From positions 7,761-71,760 of the forward strand of contig JAAYYB010000308.1 of the NCBI GenBank assembly GCA_012515615.1: 64,000 nucleotides of DNA, given 5' to 3'. This DNA is from Fibrobacter sp. GTDB taxonomy: Bacteria > Fibrobacterota > Chitinivibrionia > Chitinivibrionales > Chitinispirillaceae. Below are positions 19,421-31,400 of the stretch, one piece after another (position 1 is the stretch's first letter; every line of letters begins with the position of its first letter). Both the position numbers and the translations under genes were made by a program. The notes below the pieces were generated by a model. That model saw only the letters and a list, made by a program, of their open reading frames with translations, searched no databases and had not been told where the DNA came from.

Positions 19421-20797
19421 ATGTCTCCCTCCGAAAAAGTTTTGTCATTCTGCAGTCGTTTTCTTCCCGAAAACTCATCGATACTTGCCGCTGTCAGTGG
19501 TGGAAGTGATTCTGTTGCAATGGTGTACCTGCTTAATGATCTTCGTGCCGAACTTAAGATCGCAAAACTGGCTGTAGCTCATGTCAATCACGGACTGCGT
19601 GGTGAGGAGTCCGATTGTGATGAGCAGTTTGTAAGGGAGATCGCAAAAGATCTGGGACTCTCATTTTTTGTAAAGCACCTCAGCGGCTGTAATATCAAAG
19701 ATCCTGGAGTGGAAAACTGGGCCCGGAGAGAGCGGTACCGTTTTTTTCATTCTGTGATGGAGAGTGGCGGATATGGCCTGGTTGCGACCGGGCATACTGC
19801 AGATGATCAGGCGGAGACTGTTCTCTTGAGGATGCTCAGGGGCAGTGGAATCAAGGGACTGCGCGGAATTCTCCCATGCAGGGAAGACGGGGTGATCAGG
19901 CCGCTTCTTTATATCAGAAAAGAGGAGCTTGTATCGTGGCTGACCAGGAATGGAAAATCCTTTCGCACAGACAGCACCAATAGTCAGACAATTTACCGCC
20001 GCAACAGTGTTCGTCATCAGCTGCTGCCTGCTTTGGGCAGGTATGTTCCGGAAGTAGTGGAGAATCTCTCCTCGATAGCATTGAGGGCTTTTGATTCCTG
20101 GAGTATTGTTTCTCCGGAGGTTGATAAGTGGATCGACAGTTCCGTAATCAATTTTCCGTTGCAATCATTTCTGCTGAAAAAATCGGGACTGATCGCCCGA
20201 AGCATAGCCGGTGAGGGGATAAAAGCCCTCTTTGAGCGCTGCGGCATCTCTGCCTCGAGGGTTCATGTGGAAAATGTTTTCATCAATGCACCTGCAAACG
20301 GCAAAGAGTTTCTACTTCCCGGGGGATGGCACTATTTCCCGAAGAAAAACGGGATTTTTTTTGTAAAAGAGAGAGTATCGGGTCATGGTTTCAGCTACGA
20401 GATTCCGGTTCCAGGCTCAGCAGATTTTCCTGATGTAAATATCGGGTTCAGTGTATCGGAAGAGGATGTTCCGTTTGAGAGGCCCGGAAGTGAAAACTGG
20501 ATTGTTTTTCTTGATAGAAAATGTTGCGAAAACATGCTTTTTTATCGTATGCTTATGCCGGACGACACTTTTCATCCGCTTGGATTTGGTAAAGAGGAGA
20601 ATGCCCTCAGGTATCTCAGCGGTAAAGGTGTTCCAAGACTGCTGGGGGAGAGGCTGGGAGTTATCACCGATCAGAGCAACAAGATTCTGTGGATTCCCGG
20701 TATACAGATCAATCATGAGAGCCGCATAACAGATATGACGCGGAGTATCTTGAGGATAGAGTCCAGAGTGGGTACCGATGCCCGAAGCTTTAATTAA
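19421..20797 (+). CDS. tilS: tRNA(Ile)-lysidine synthase TilS
   Basis: 458 aa with the PP-loop AVSGGSDSVAM and the HTADDQAETVLLR motif. Confidence 0.9.
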   Translation: MSPSEKVLSFCSRFLPENSSILAAVSGGSDSVAMVYLLNDLRAELKIAKLAVAHVNHGLRGEESDCDEQFVREIAKDLGLSFFVKHLSGCNIKDPGVENWARRERYRFFHSVMESGGYGLVATGHTADDQAETVLLRMLRGSGIKGLRGILPCREDGVIRPLLYIRKEELVSWLTRNGKSFRTDSTNSQTIYRRNSVRHQLLPALGRYVPEVVENLSSIALRAFDSWSIVSPEVDKWIDSSVINFPLQSFLLKKSGLIARSIAGEGIKALFERCGISASRVHVENVFINAPANGKEFLLPGGWHYFPKKNGIFFVKERVSGHGFSYEIPVPGSADFPDVNIGFSVSEEDVPFERPGSENWIVFLDRKCCENMLFYRMLMPDDTFHPLGFGKEENALRYLSGKGVPRLLGERLGVITDQSNKILWIPGIQINHESRITDMTRSILRIESRVGTDARSFN

Positions 20798-20964
20798 ACC
20801 TGAAAAGTGCAGCTGGATGAGGCAAAAAATCGCAATCTGTTGAGCGCTAAGGCTTTCAGGCATAGCGGGTCTTATCACCTTGTCGATAAGACCCGCGATG
20901 CCTTCAGTCTTATCATCTCAACACCTTACGGTTTTTTATTCTCCCCAACAGCGACTTTCAGGTT
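20797..20964. mobile_element. 168-bp MITE-like element, copy 2 (inverted relative to copy 1)
   Basis: AACCTGAAAAGTGCAGCTGG...CAACAGCGACTTTCAGGTT has the same length as copy 1. Its first base overlaps the tilS stop codon. Confidence 0.75.
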
Positions 20965-21191
20965 AAAAGATTGATTTAAACCGGGAAATCAGGTAAACAA
21001 AACCTGATCATGAGCGTAGTCAGATTAAATCTGAACGGCAGCATTTGCCGAAACGGGTGAAGTGCCCGGAAGTGAGATTTTCCCACAACGAAGATATTTT
21101 ATAACCGTATATAATGTATATTTATCCAAATATAGCTTTTAGTTGCAGCTGCATGCAGATGCATGTCAATGTGGACGGAAAGGAATAGCTT

Positions 21192-23267
21192 TTGGACGAG
21201 AAAAAGCAAAAGAGCGGAGAAAACCGCCCGGTATCTTCCCCTGGAAGGAAAAAGCAGAAGGAAAGTGAAGGGAAAAAGGGACCCGGCAAGGACCCGGGTA
21301 AGACTATTCTGATGTGGCTTGCTGTTGCAGTGGCCGTTGTGTTTGCGCTTCGTTCAATTGAGGGTTACAGCGTCAAAAAAGAGGCCAGGATCAGCTACAG
21401 CCAGTTCCAGGAGGTGCTTGCTAATCCTGAGGTAAAGATTGTAAATGCCAACATACTTCAGAAGGGGCTCAACAAGGCGGTCTTTGTCGGTGAATTATCT
21501 GAACCCTCATCGCTTGCCAAGGTTCCTTCAATAAAGAATGTTGCACCAAGCAAGTATTTCACTGTCAACCTTCCCTATATCGACAGCGAGATGATCTCCA
21601 AGTGGGAGAATGCGGGTTTTCAGTACACGTTCGAGCAGGACAAGGTCGACATGGGAGACATTCTCTTGAGTGCGCTTCCATGGGTGCTGATGATTCTGTT
21701 CTGGCTGTTTTTAAGTCGTCAGATGCAGGCAGGTCAGAAGGGAATATTTTCATTCGGGAAGAGTCGTGCCAAGCTCAACCCCATGGACCGTCCCCAGATA
21801 ACCTTCGCAGATGTTGCCGGTGTTGAGGAAGCCAAAATGGAGCTTCAGGAGATTATCGATTTTCTGAAGAATCCAAAGAAGTTCAAAAGGCTTGGCGGAA
21901 AAATACCAAAAGGCGTGCTGCTTCTGGGCCCGCCGGGAACCGGAAAAACTCTTCTTGCCAGGTGTGTGGCCGGTGAGGCGGGAGTACCGTTTCTTTCAAT
22001 GAGCGGCTCCGATTTTGTCGAGATGTTCGTCGGGGTCGGGGCATCCAGGGTTCGTGATCTGTTTGAGACGGCAAAGAGGAACTCTCCCTGCATCATCTTC
22101 ATAGATGAAATTGATGCTGTAGGGCGCCAGAGGGGTGCGGGGCTGGGCGGCGGTCATGATGAGCGGGAGCAGACACTCAACCAGATGCTTGTTGAGATGG
22201 ACGGCTTTGAAGTTAACTCCGGTGTTATTCTAATAGCCGCTACAAACAGGCCCGATGTACTTGACCCGGCGCTTCTCAGGCCTGGACGGTTTGACAGACA
22301 GATTGTGGTGGATGTGCCTGATGTAAAGGGCAGAGAGGGTATCCTCAAGGTGCATACTAAAAATATACCTATGGGTGCCGATGTTGTCCTGAACACAATT
22401 GCCCGGGGAACACCCGGTTTTGTTGGAGCCGACCTGGCGAACCTTGTCAATGAAGCGGCACTGATGGCTGCGAGGTTCGGGCAGGATACCGTCACCATGC
22501 TTGATTTTGAAGAAGCCAAAGACAAGGTAATGATGGGAGCGGAGAGAAAGAGCATGGTGCTTTCTGAAAAAGAAAAGCAGCTTACTGCCTATCACGAAGC
22601 GGGACACGCGATCTGTAATATTTATTGTAAAGAGGCTGATCCTCTCCATAAAGTTACTATCATCCCGCGTGGACGTGCGCTTGGGGTTACATTCTCACTT
22701 CCCGGGGAAGATAAGCACAGTTACTCTAAAGAGTATATACTGGACCGTATCTGCATAATGCTGGGCGGCAGGATGGCAGAGGAGATTATCTTCGGTAATC
22801 AGACAACCGGTGCAGCCAGTGATATAAAACAGGCCACCAGCCTGGTTCGTAAACTTATCTGTGATTACGGCATGACTGATGAGCTGGGTCCTATCAGCTA
22901 CGGTGAAAAAGACGAGCAGATTTTCCTTGGCCGTGAGATATCCCGTCACAGGGATTACTCCGACAAAACCGCGGAGGAGATCGACCGTCTGATGAGGGTA
23001 ATGATCGAAGAACAGGTGAAGAGGTCAAGGGATATTCTGACTGAACACCGTGATCAGCTCGATATGCTCGCCAATGCACTTCTGGAACATGAGCTTCTCG
23101 ATCGTGAAGAGATCCTGAAAGTGATTGCCGGCGATACGCTCCGTACCGTAAAAAAGACACGTTCTCTTCCTAGGAAGGCTTCAGAGGAACCCGTTAGCAC
23201 GGTTACTGTGGCGCCGGAGAGTGAGCCTGTGGAAGCCGGTCTTAACGCGGTGGAGAGCGGAAGCTGA
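21192..23267 (+). CDS. ftsH: ATP-dependent zinc metalloprotease FtsH
   Basis: 691 aa (TTG start in the track) with 2 TM segments, Walker A GPPGTGKT, Walker B IIFIDEID and the zinc motif HEAGHA. Confidence 0.95.
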   Translation: MDEKKQKSGENRPVSSPGRKKQKESEGKKGPGKDPGKTILMWLAVAVAVVFALRSIEGYSVKKEARISYSQFQEVLANPEVKIVNANILQKGLNKAVFVGELSEPSSLAKVPSIKNVAPSKYFTVNLPYIDSEMISKWENAGFQYTFEQDKVDMGDILLSALPWVLMILFWLFLSRQMQAGQKGIFSFGKSRAKLNPMDRPQITFADVAGVEEAKMELQEIIDFLKNPKKFKRLGGKIPKGVLLLGPPGTGKTLLARCVAGEAGVPFLSMSGSDFVEMFVGVGASRVRDLFETAKRNSPCIIFIDEIDAVGRQRGAGLGGGHDEREQTLNQMLVEMDGFEVNSGVILIAATNRPDVLDPALLRPGRFDRQIVVDVPDVKGREGILKVHTKNIPMGADVVLNTIARGTPGFVGADLANLVNEAALMAARFGQDTVTMLDFEEAKDKVMMGAERKSMVLSEKEKQLTAYHEAGHAICNIYCKEADPLHKVTIIPRGRALGVTFSLPGEDKHSYSKEYILDRICIMLGGRMAEEIIFGNQTTGAASDIKQATSLVRKLICDYGMTDELGPISYGEKDEQIFLGREISRHRDYSDKTAEEIDRLMRVMIEEQVKRSRDILTEHRDQLDMLANALLEHELLDREEILKVIAGDTLRTVKKTRSLPRKASEEPVSTVTVAPESEPVEAGLNAVESGS

Positions 23268-23389
23268 GAGCGGGGTTCAGGGATCTGCTTAAACAGACAT
23301 TGTGACTAAAAAACAGAGGTAGGGACAGGTTAAAGCCAGTCTCTACCATTTGTTTTCTGGGGTGTATATTAACTGGCATTTAAAATATT

Positions 23390-24229
23390 ATGATTGAGCA
23401 GAACGCAATCAGAGTACCTTTTCGTTTGATGGGAGTGGTGAATGTCACTCCTGATTCTTTTTATGATGGTGGCCGGCACGTAACTGTCGATGCGGCCGTT
23501 GCTCATGCGCTTAAGCTTGCTTCACAGGGGGCGGATATTCTGGACATCGGCGGCGCATCAAGCCGTCCGGGAGCTGTGCCGGTTTCCCCTGAGGAGGAGA
23601 TACGCAGAATACTGCCTGTTGTTGAAAACGTCGCCAGGCAGTTCAGCGGACCGATAAGTGTCGATACCACATGGTCGAGTGTGGCTAAAGTCGCTTTGGA
23701 CGCCGGAGCATCGTGGATAAATGATATAAGTGCGGGCAGATTTGATCCGGGGATGGTCGGGCTGGCTGCAGAGCGCAAATGCATGGTTGTACTTATGCAC
23801 AGTCGGGGTACACCGGAGACGATGCAGATAAATCCGCACTATACCGATGTGGTGACAGAGGTTAAGCAGGAGTTGCTGGAGGCTTGTGGAAAATTTCTGC
23901 AGGGCGGGGTTTGCAGGGAAAATATTATACTTGATCCGGGAATCGGTTTCGCAAAGAACGCCGGGCATAATCTTGACCTGATCAGGGGTCTGGATCAGAT
24001 TGTGGAGCTTGGTTATCCTGTTTTACTGGCGACGTCCAGGAAAAAGTTTATTGGACTTATAACCGGCAGAGAGCCTCAGGAGCGGCTTTTTGGAACACTG
24101 GCCACCTTGGCGTCAGGTTTAATCAGGGGAGCGGGAATTTTCAGGGTTCATGATGTAGAGGAAGCGCGGGATTTTTTAAAAGTTTTCACGGTTATTGAAA
24201 AAGGCCTTCCGGTTGAGTACTTTTTATAG
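23390..24229 (+). CDS. folP: Dihydropteroate synthase
   Basis: 279 aa with the pterin-binding motifs DILDIGGASSRPG and SVDT. ftsH-folP synteny is common. Confidence 0.9.
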   Translation: MIEQNAIRVPFRLMGVVNVTPDSFYDGGRHVTVDAAVAHALKLASQGADILDIGGASSRPGAVPVSPEEEIRRILPVVENVARQFSGPISVDTTWSSVAKVALDAGASWINDISAGRFDPGMVGLAAERKCMVVLMHSRGTPETMQINPHYTDVVTEVKQELLEACGKFLQGGVCRENIILDPGIGFAKNAGHNLDLIRGLDQIVELGYPVLLATSRKKFIGLITGREPQERLFGTLATLASGLIRGAGIFRVHDVEEARDFLKVFTVIEKGLPVEYFL

Positions 24230-24261
24230 TAATATTTTATAACTTAAACTGTGATAATGGG

Positions 24262-25440
24262 TTGCGTGTCGTGCAGAAGCGCTTAAACAGAGATAACAAA
24301 AAGGGCAGGAAATGGGGAATACTGTTGTTGTTCCTGATTATTTTGTTATTTTTGATTTTCTGGTTTCTGCGCAGTCAGCCGCAGCCTCCTGTGGTTGAGG
24401 AAAAAATTGCACCTGAGGGATTTGCAGCGCAAGAGAAGATAGTTCCACCGGACACAGCAGATACTGTGAAGGACACTGTTTCCCAGAAAATGATGGAACC
24501 GGAGAAAAAGGCGGAACCTGAGAAAAAGAAGCCATCGAAAATCCAACCGTCGCCTCAGGTTGCTGAGCCCACAGATACAGTTGCAGAGGAGACAAAGGAA
24601 GATTCCTTAAAAGACAGTTCAATTCTGGTGATAAAAGCGCCTGATCCCTGTGAGATGGATACCGCCGAGTTGTGGGTGTATCCCGATCCTTCCGGAGGTC
24701 TTCACCGCAGAGCAGTCTCTGTTAAGTTTTTTTCAAACAAAAAAGGATCGGTTATCAGGTGGCGGTTCAGGAGTGAGACAGACTGGACCATATACAGAGG
24801 CGATCCTGTCAAGATAGCCAAAACAGACGCCTTGATTTATGAAGCAGAGGACACCTGCGGGAAGAAGATGGAGAAAAGAGAGGAATTTTACGAAATTGAG
24901 CAGGCAAAAATGAGCTCTGTATGTCCGCAGGGGATGGAGCACATAAAAGTTGGATCATCTCAGTTCTGCATTGACCAGTATGAGTGGCCCAACCGCAAAG
25001 GAGCAGTACCTCTGTCGTATATTTCTTTCTACCAGGCATCGGACTCCTGTTTCTCTGCCGGCAAGAGGCTCTGTACATCTGAGGAATGGTACCTTGCCTG
25101 TACCGGTCCCCATAGCTGGGCCTATCCCTATGGGCAGGCTTATGAGAGGTATGCCTGCGCAACTCACGATACGGCGATCTCAGCGTCCGGCAGCAGACCG
25201 GAGTGCAGGGGTTATTTCGGTGTCTATGACATGTCGGGGAGTTTATTGGAGTGGACAGATACCAGGGCCCTGGAGAATAAGAATTTTTACTATGTGCAGG
25301 GCGGTTTTCATATGAGTGGACAGAAGAGCGGCTGTTCCGACAGAAGGTACAGTTATTATCCGCAGAACAGGCACAACCCGGTGGGTTTCCGCTGCTGTTC
25401 TGATATCGGGCAGGAGCAGAAAGCTTCGGGGGGAAAATGA
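24262..25440 (+). CDS. FGE/SUMF1-domain protein (GldJ/GldK/PorK-like fold)
   Basis: 392 aa with an N-terminal TM and a Pro/Glu/Lys-rich linker. The C-terminal sulfatase-modifying-factor domain has the signatures CIDQYEWPN, GVYDMSGSLLEWT and GFRCC. It lies directly upstream of the SprA-like gene. Confidence 0.7.
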   Translation: MRVVQKRLNRDNKKGRKWGILLLFLIILLFLIFWFLRSQPQPPVVEEKIAPEGFAAQEKIVPPDTADTVKDTVSQKMMEPEKKAEPEKKKPSKIQPSPQVAEPTDTVAEETKEDSLKDSSILVIKAPDPCEMDTAELWVYPDPSGGLHRRAVSVKFFSNKKGSVIRWRFRSETDWTIYRGDPVKIAKTDALIYEAEDTCGKKMEKREEFYEIEQAKMSSVCPQGMEHIKVGSSQFCIDQYEWPNRKGAVPLSYISFYQASDSCFSAGKRLCTSEEWYLACTGPHSWAYPYGQAYERYACATHDTAISASGSRPECRGYFGVYDMSGSLLEWTDTRALENKNFYYVQGGFHMSGQKSGCSDRRYSYYPQNRHNPVGFRCCSDIGQEQKASGGK

Positions 25441-25451
25441 GATGATCCGCT

Positions 25452-28400
25452 TTGAAAATCAGGATCTGCTGCACATTGCCTCTACGGGGGAAAAAAAAGA
25501 GACAGGAAATCGTGACCGGATCCGCTAAACGATATTTCATATTCTTTCTGTTTTTTTCAGCCGCCTTTGGCTTAACAAACGCATACGGGCAGGGTCTTTG
25601 CTTTGAACAGCCCAGGATTGAGGGCTTCCATCCTCTTGATGAAGAAACGTACGCTTCATCACAGCTTGTTCAGAAAAATCCCGTCATGTTGAAGCTTAAC
25701 ACAACTATCTTCAAAGATACTTCGGCTATTGACTTTGAGAAACGTCAGATAACCTTCAGCCGCCGGGACTCTCTTGGCTACACGATCTGGGAATACCATT
25801 ATCCTGAGTTAAGCGACTATCTTGCATCCAGAAAGAACTTTATTCTTTTCCAGGGATGGTACAACACGCGCGCGGTGTCAAAGAAGCAGGAGGAGAAGTC
25901 AAAATCCCAGCTTATGAAGCTGCAATGGGAAATTCCGGTGCAGTACCCCTCCTGGGCCCAGAGGGTCCTGGGGAACGAACCCCCGAGACTCAGCATAGAC
26001 GGTAATCTTTCGATCACCATGGGCTTTGACCGTTCTACAGTTGTCGAATCAGAATATGACAAGGACCGTGCAACCAGTAACGGGCTGGTATTTGATGTTA
26101 TTTACAACTTCAGCATCATTGGAAGTGTCGGAAGGCTGATAAATATCAATATCAGGGGGGACAACCAGAACGATGTGTCACTTTCAGATAACCTGAAAAA
26201 TTTTAAAATAGAATACAAGGAATCCAAACCCGGTGAGCTGGAGGATGAGATTATCCAGGAGGTGATCGCCGGGTATACAGGTTTCCAGATGCCGGGGCAG
26301 GGCCTTGCAGGGTACTCGGAAAATCACGAAGGGTTGTTTGGGATAAAGGTGAAATCGAAGCTGGGACCGCTGACCCTTACAACTATCGCCAGCCATGAGC
26401 AGGGTGAGACCGCGAAGCTTAGTGTGTCAAGTAAATCGGGCAGTGATGAGTATCCTCTGGCAGAGGACAGGTTCCTTGAAAACAGGTTTTTCTTTCTGGA
26501 TAACATCTATAGAGCCGCCTATAACCGCAAGTACGGCAAGGGCGCTTCTAATCCCAAAGATCCCCCGGAGGTTACGAGGCTTGATGTGTGGCGCAGGGTG
26601 GAGCCGGAAAGAGAACAGGAAATCCTTAAGCAGGCAAACCGCAAGGTGCAGCTGGCCACAACAGACAGTATCATGCAGACGTACAAATATGAGCTGCTGA
26701 TTACTGATCGTCATTACAAGCTTAACAAAAAAGAGGGCTGGATCATGTTCTTTGATTCCACGGGGATCAGGGCCAATGATCATATAGCAATCTATCTCAG
26801 AACAAAAGATTCCGGTATAAACAGGGGTGACTCGATTGACACACTGCTGAATCTCTGGACCCTGAAGCCTGTCGCCAGTATCGATTCTGCAGGCGCGGAT
26901 CCGGAAAGATTTTATCTCATGTGGAGAAATGTCTATGAGCTTACGGCAAGTGACATGACCTCATTTTCTCTGAAGGTTTTCAGGATCCCTCCAGACGGGC
27001 AGGTTAAAGAAGAGGCTGGTAAAGAAGGAAACTATTCTGATATTCTGGGCCTGACGGAAAATGGAAGTGTTCTTTACAAGCGGCAGGAGATATTCGATAA
27101 AGAGAATGGCGTCATCATAATTCCTCCGTTTGATACATCATTCTCCGGCAACGAGCCCTTTAATAACAAAAAACTGGGCGAGTACCGTGATTCTGTGATT
27201 TACCGCTACAGCACCAGCACAAGGCCCGATGCATACAAACCGGGATTTGAAATAGTCATGTCCGGCTCCAAGAAACAGACTTCATTTGACTTGGGGTGGG
27301 GGGTGATGGAGGGGACAGAAAGAGTAATTGCCGATGGCAGAGAGCTGAAGAAAGACCGGGATTATTCAATCAATTATGAAATGGGGACCCTGGAACTTAC
27401 CTCCCCTAATGCCAGAACCGCAGAAAAGGTGGATATTGAGTATCAGAGAGAGGCGCTGTTTGTCCCGGATCGTAAAGTATTCCTGGGTGCGCATGGAGAA
27501 CTCAGGTTGCCATTGTTAAGTGATAAGTCGTTTATTGGAGCCAGCGTCCTTTTTCAGAATACAAGAATAAACGAGGATGTTCCGCGTCTGGAGCAGGAAC
27601 CTTACAGAAAGGTTCTCTTTGATGTCAACACGCGAATCGACCTGGAACCGGAATGGATGACAGATCTGGTTAACAGGTTGCCTCTTGTCAAGACAGACGC
27701 GCTGTCTTCCGTGCAGTTCGATTTTGAAGTGGCTCACAGCAGAATGAATCCAAATACCGAGAACGAAGCCTTTGTGGATGACTTTGAAGACAGCAAACAG
27801 CCCCTGTCGCTTGGTGGAAGTCATGAGAGCTGGTCGAAGGCAAGTCCTCCCTACGGTGCCGATTCACTTTATAATTATCCCCCGGCATGGGATTTCTACT
27901 GGTTCACCCCGCATTTAACGGATAAGAAACACAGGGTTCGTTCTGATTCAATCTGGTTTGATAAAGCTAAAGCAAGTGCCGGTGACCAGCAATACGAAAC
28001 TGTTATCCGTCTCCATGCCACACCGGCACCGGACACATCCGATGATGATGTGGTCAGAAGGTTCAGCAGGTCATGGGCGGGAATTATGACCTATATTTCA
28101 AGCGGATTCATGAATAAGGAAAAGGACCGCTACTTCGAATTTCTGATCAAGCAAGCAGGCGGATACAGGGAAAAGGGCAAGCTGATTATTCAAATGGGCG
28201 ATCTGCGGGAAGACGTGTCTTTAGACGGCGGTCCGCCTAATAAAATGGCTGATATGGAGGATACAAGGCCTATCTGGACAGATCAGGTGGTTGATACACT
28301 CGATCTGGGGTGGGACAGGAAGATAAACAAAGATGAATATTATCTCATACCGGGCCCTTCAGGCGGCTGGGATACTCTCTATTATGACAGTCTTAATTTT

Positions 28401-31400
28401 AAAGATCCTGCAAGAGATGACTACAAGGAATATTACGATCACCCGGAGAATTTCAGATACGCATGCGGGACCGAGAAGGATAACGAGTTGTCAAGCGAGG
28501 ATATCAACTTCGACGGATCGGTTCAGACACATACAACAGAGAGATATTTCCAGTTTACAATAGATTTGACCGATACAGCTGCTCCATACTTTGACAAGAC
28601 CGCCAAGCTTGACCCGAATGGAGGATGGAAAAAAGTACGTATCCCTCTCAAGGAGGTTCTGGCCGGCTATGGAAACATGCGTGACTCGATAAACAATCCC
28701 AAATGGTCCGAAATAAAATTTGTAAGGCTTATCTGGACCGATTTCGATTCCTCATCAGTTAAGGGACTCAAAACAGAAAAACAGTTGATTTTTACAGACA
28801 TGCAGTTTGTTGGAAATCAGTGGCAGCCCCTTTATGATTCGATCGGTACCAAAATAGAGGCAACATCGATTAATAACCAGGAAGATGCCGATTACAGAGC
28901 CAGTGTCAGAGGTAATCCGTTTCATTGGGAAAGAGATGATGTTACAGGTCTCTATGACCGGGAGAGCGCACTCCGGATCAATTTCAGAAATCTTGACGAA
29001 AACCAAACCGCTCTGATTACGCGTAATTTCAGCTATCAGAAACTGAACCTCTCATCATACAAGACTCTGAATCTGATGGTTTACGGGAAGAGTCCCTCAG
29101 GGAGCAAGACAGAAAATTCAGTGCTTTACGGAGGAAAAGTCGATTTCGTGTTGAGATTCGGCAGCGATGATTCCTGTTATTATGAGTATAGGAGCGATCT
29201 TAAATCGGGATGGAACAAAGTCGAAATCGATCTGCGTCTGATCGCGGACCTGAAGGATCGTTACATGATTGAGCACCCCGACTCGGCAATCCTTGTACAG
29301 CAATCTCCTTACGGAAACGGATTCCTGAGCGTTAAAGCTCCCAGAGGACGACAGCCTAATATTTCCAACATTTTCTGGATGGGAATAGGAGTGACACGTG
29401 AAGATAATACCAGTGCAGAGGACTCTCTCTCCTCAGGTGAACTCTGGGTCAATGATATGAAAGTCGAGGGTATCGGAAGGCTCAACGGCTGGGCGATGAG
29501 CACCAAACTGAATACAAAATGGGCCGATCTGCTGGAAATATCCGCAGATTTAAACTACGAGGATGGTGATTTCAGGAGAATGACCGAGAACACCCTGACC
29601 CCTGAGATCTCCTCTCTAAATGGTAATTTCAGCTCTACTGTGTGGTTCGATAAATTTCTTCCCTCAGAATGGGGCGTATCACTTCCTGTGGGAGGATCGG
29701 TTTACGGTTCCATAAGTCGCCCTCAACTTAAAAACAATACCGATGTTTTCCTTACCGAGAACGGGCGCTCTGATAATCTCAGAGATATGGCTTCCGACCT
29801 GGGAAATAAGATCTTTAGGCGCGATGAAAATTCGGATATAACCAAAGCCGAACACTATGAGACCAGAAACACAAGAGAGAGGGTCTATGCCAACTACAGT
29901 AAGAACACTGAATCAGAAAATCCGTTGGTCAATTTGACAGCTGATAGAATTGACGCACAGTTTGAGTACAGCCAGTCAAATGAACAGGCTCTGCAGGGAC
30001 CAGCGGTCAATAGTGACAGCGATTATGTCAGAAGCACAATCAGTGAGTCTTACACCGGTAAACTCAAATACAATCTTACTCCGACCAATCCGCCAGAATG
30101 GACAAAATGGAAACCATTGGGGGAAAAAACACCGAGCTGGGTTCCAAAACCGCTGAAAAACTATGAATTCTCCCTGCTGCCTTCACGCATAGAGTTCGAC
30201 ATTGCAGATCTGAGATACGGTACCGATTACATGAAGGACACCCGCCTTTCAACTTCCAGTACTATCCGAACCTTTGATCTTCGCCATGGCTTTGCCCTCG
30301 ATTACTCACCCATAGCTCCGCTGATCGACCTGACATACACAATCGGTATTAACAGGGATATGTTCAAGGATGCCAAAACGGATACGACTTCAGAGAATTA
30401 TGATTACCATTTCGGATTCCATGAGGACTCTGTTTTCAGTAAAAGAATGTTACTATGGGGTGAAAAGAACCGCTCGCAGCATGCAAGCATGAAACTGAAT
30501 CCGCAGATTTTTGATTGGCTCTCTACATCCGGAGAGTACTCAGCAGATTACAATTCCGATATGGTGACAAGGAGCAACGACAGCCTCGAATACATTACTG
30601 CGGGAGTAAGGACGAATCTCTCCGTAAATGCAAGCTTCAATTTAGATGTTCTTTTAAAAGAGCTGGCTGATGCTACTGCCAAGGCCAGAATAGGCTCCAT
30701 TTTTGAGAAGCTTGACAAGGGTGTCGACGGGATCGGGTTCCGGCAGATCACATTCAGTTATACAAACGGAGCGGATCTGAAGAATAATTATATGGGATCT
30801 CTTCTTATCGGTAAAGAGAGCCGCATCGATTTTCTGAGGTATCAATTAGGATTGAGCGGTATAGATGAAAAGAGTTTCTTTTCAGGAGAGATGAATAACA
30901 GAGCTCTTGGGGGTATGTATTCCAGATATGATATCGACAAGAGCGAATTATATGAAAATGATTACCGTACTGTAGATCAGAGATGGAGCCTCTCTTCGGG
31001 ACTTGATCTGAAAGTTCCTTTTGAAATCAGCTTCAGTCCGATATCTTTTAGCTGGGGGAAAAACTACAGAGTTGTTCCTGACACCTCTAAAAAGGAACGC
31101 TCCCATACTTTGCCCGAGTTCTCGGTTGGTTCAAGGACACCCGCACTGATGAAAATTGAATTGGTCAGCAGTGCGCTGCAAAGCCTGAACTTAAATTCCA
31201 CTTTCAATTACCGGAAAAGTTACAAATACTCAGGATTGATGGGATCGGATACTACCCGCAAATTTGACTGGGCACCCCTGGTTTCTCTTTCGGGAACTGT
31301 TAAAAAGTGGCCGATAAATTTCAACTATAACTGTACCTATTCAAAAGAGGTTACCAAAGCACCTACTGAAAAACCCGATTCAATAGCAACTCCCCGGGAT

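Noticed and set aside
24809-25540. 243-aa minus-strand ORF and several other long antisense ORFs inside mreB, PBP2, the 13676-16915 gene, ftsH, sprA and the phage genes.
   Set aside because: These are shadow ORFs opposite genes with clear family signatures. Their compositions are Arg/Ser/Pro-rich, typical of antisense frames.
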